Below are positions 31,329-32,000 of a stretch of 32,000 nucleotides of DNA, in pieces (within the stretch, counting starts at the first letter, position 1; each line of letters starts with the position of its first letter). Both the position numbers and the translations under genes were made by a program. The notes beneath the pieces were generated by a model, which saw only the letters and a list, made by a program, of their open reading frames with translations, was not told the DNA's origin and searched no databases. The stretch lies in NCBI GenBank assembly GCA_028279745.1, contig JANQNC010000001.1, forward strand, positions 1,080,001 through 1,112,000. The letters are read 5' to 3'. The DNA comes from Candidatus Nanoarchaeia archaeon. Its GTDB lineage: Archaea; Nanobdellota; Nanobdellia; Woesearchaeales; JANQNC01.

Positions 31329-32000
31329 ATGGAATCCAGAAAAATAATAGGATTTGGAAAATCTTCTTATGTGTTGTCATTACCAAAAAGATGGATACAA
31401 AAAAATAAACTGTCAAAAGGAGATGTGGTTTATATTTCTGAAAGCCTGAATAATTTGACTTTGTTGCCTAGCTCAAACAAAACAGATGAAGACTTGGTTG
31501 AGATGAAAATCAGTGTAAGTGACAGAACACTAAGCTGCATAAAAAGAAAGATAATCTCTTCATACATAAATGGGGTGAATGTGCTGTATATATCGGGGAG
31601 GGGCTTGGCGGATAAATCAAAAGAGATACGAAAGGTATTACAGGGATTGATAGCATTAGAGATTGTGCAGGAGAGTGCTGATAAGATAATCGCAAGAGAC
31701 TTCCTGAATATGAATGCAATAAGTATAACAAACATAATCAGAAAAATAGACATAATCATAAGGTCTATGTTTATTGATACAAGAAACACTTTGTTAAAAG
31801 GGACAGTTGAGGATTTGGACAGAAGAGATGATGACATCAACAGATTGACATTTCTAGTGTTTAGGGTGATAAAGTCGGTGATGTACAACCCTTCATTGGG
31901 TAAAGATAGAAGAATGGACTTAGTGGATCTAATGAACGCAAGGCACTTTACCTTTAACCTTGAGAAAATCGCAGATGCTCTGAAAAAGATAATCAAAACA
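31329..32000 (+). CDS. second AbrB/SpoVT plus PhoU-like protein, 5' part (runs off the right window edge; absent from the ORF track because no stop is reached)
   Basis: ATG at 31329 opens a 224-codon frame to nt 32000. MESRKIIGFGKSSYVLSLPKRWIQKNKLSKGDVVYISE.. is paralogous to the N-terminus of the divergent gene. Later RRDDDINRLTFLVFRVI is PhoU-like. Confidence 0.6.
   Translation, partial: MESRKIIGFGKSSYVLSLPKRWIQKNKLSKGDVVYISESLNNLTLLPSSNKTDEDLVEMKISVSDRTLSCIKRKIISSYINGVNVLYISGRGLADKSKEIRKVLQGLIALEIVQESADKIIARDFLNMNAISITNIIRKIDIIIRSMFIDTRNTLLKGTVEDLDRRDDDINRLTFLVFRVIKSVMYNPSLGKDRRMDLVDLMNARHFTFNLEKIADALKKIIKT

Noticed and set aside
31430-31996. Minus-strand 188-aa ORF at the right window edge.
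   Set aside because: It is antisense to the plus-strand frame starting at 31329, which encodes a clear AbrB-PhoU paralog. The composition is shadow-ORF-like.

Overview
AT-rich, very gene-dense archaeal chromosome segment. I infer a small-genome, DPANN-like archaeon from the archaeal histone, Pth2, split RNA polymerase B and A subunits, FtsZ, intron-containing tRNAs, and TATA-type promoters with many apparently leaderless starts. All family calls come from reading the ORF translations for remembered motifs; no searches were run.

Nt 1-20741 is mostly plus-strand housekeeping: pth2, histone, acylphosphatase and a permease (minus strand), class II LysRS, a DUF785-type protease plus RimK pair, a stand-alone Rad50, a half-size MFS, a surface protein, and three intron-bearing tRNAs (Tyr, Asp, Lys). 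These are followed by the classical archaeal block rpoH-rpoB''-rpoB'-rpoA'-rpoA''-rpl30e-nusA-rps12-rps7.

Nt 20734-32000 is mixed-orientation and looks accessory: an APC permease fused to a SAM methyltransferase, a small membrane protein, an orphan protein built from two tandem ~160-aa modules, a TrmB-family regulator co-oriented with a SelU (tRNA 2-selenouridine synthase) homolog, ftsZ, a wHTH regulator divergent from a Cys-rich/MazG-like protein, and two divergent AbrB-PhoU paralogs.

No CRISPR array, transposase, integrase, rRNA or reverse transcriptase is visible.

Best candidates for something new:
1. The 22.7-26.4 kb block (duplicated-module orphan, TrmB, SelU, orphan) with a palindromic operator.
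2. The 28.6-30.3 kb divergent regulator/MazG-like pair with tandem operator repeats.
3. The DUF785/RimK pair, whose RimK carries an AbrB-like tail, in an organism that lacks the known RimK substrate.
4. The non-canonical tRNA introns.
5. The permease-methyltransferase fusion.

None of these can be shown to be novel without database searches.
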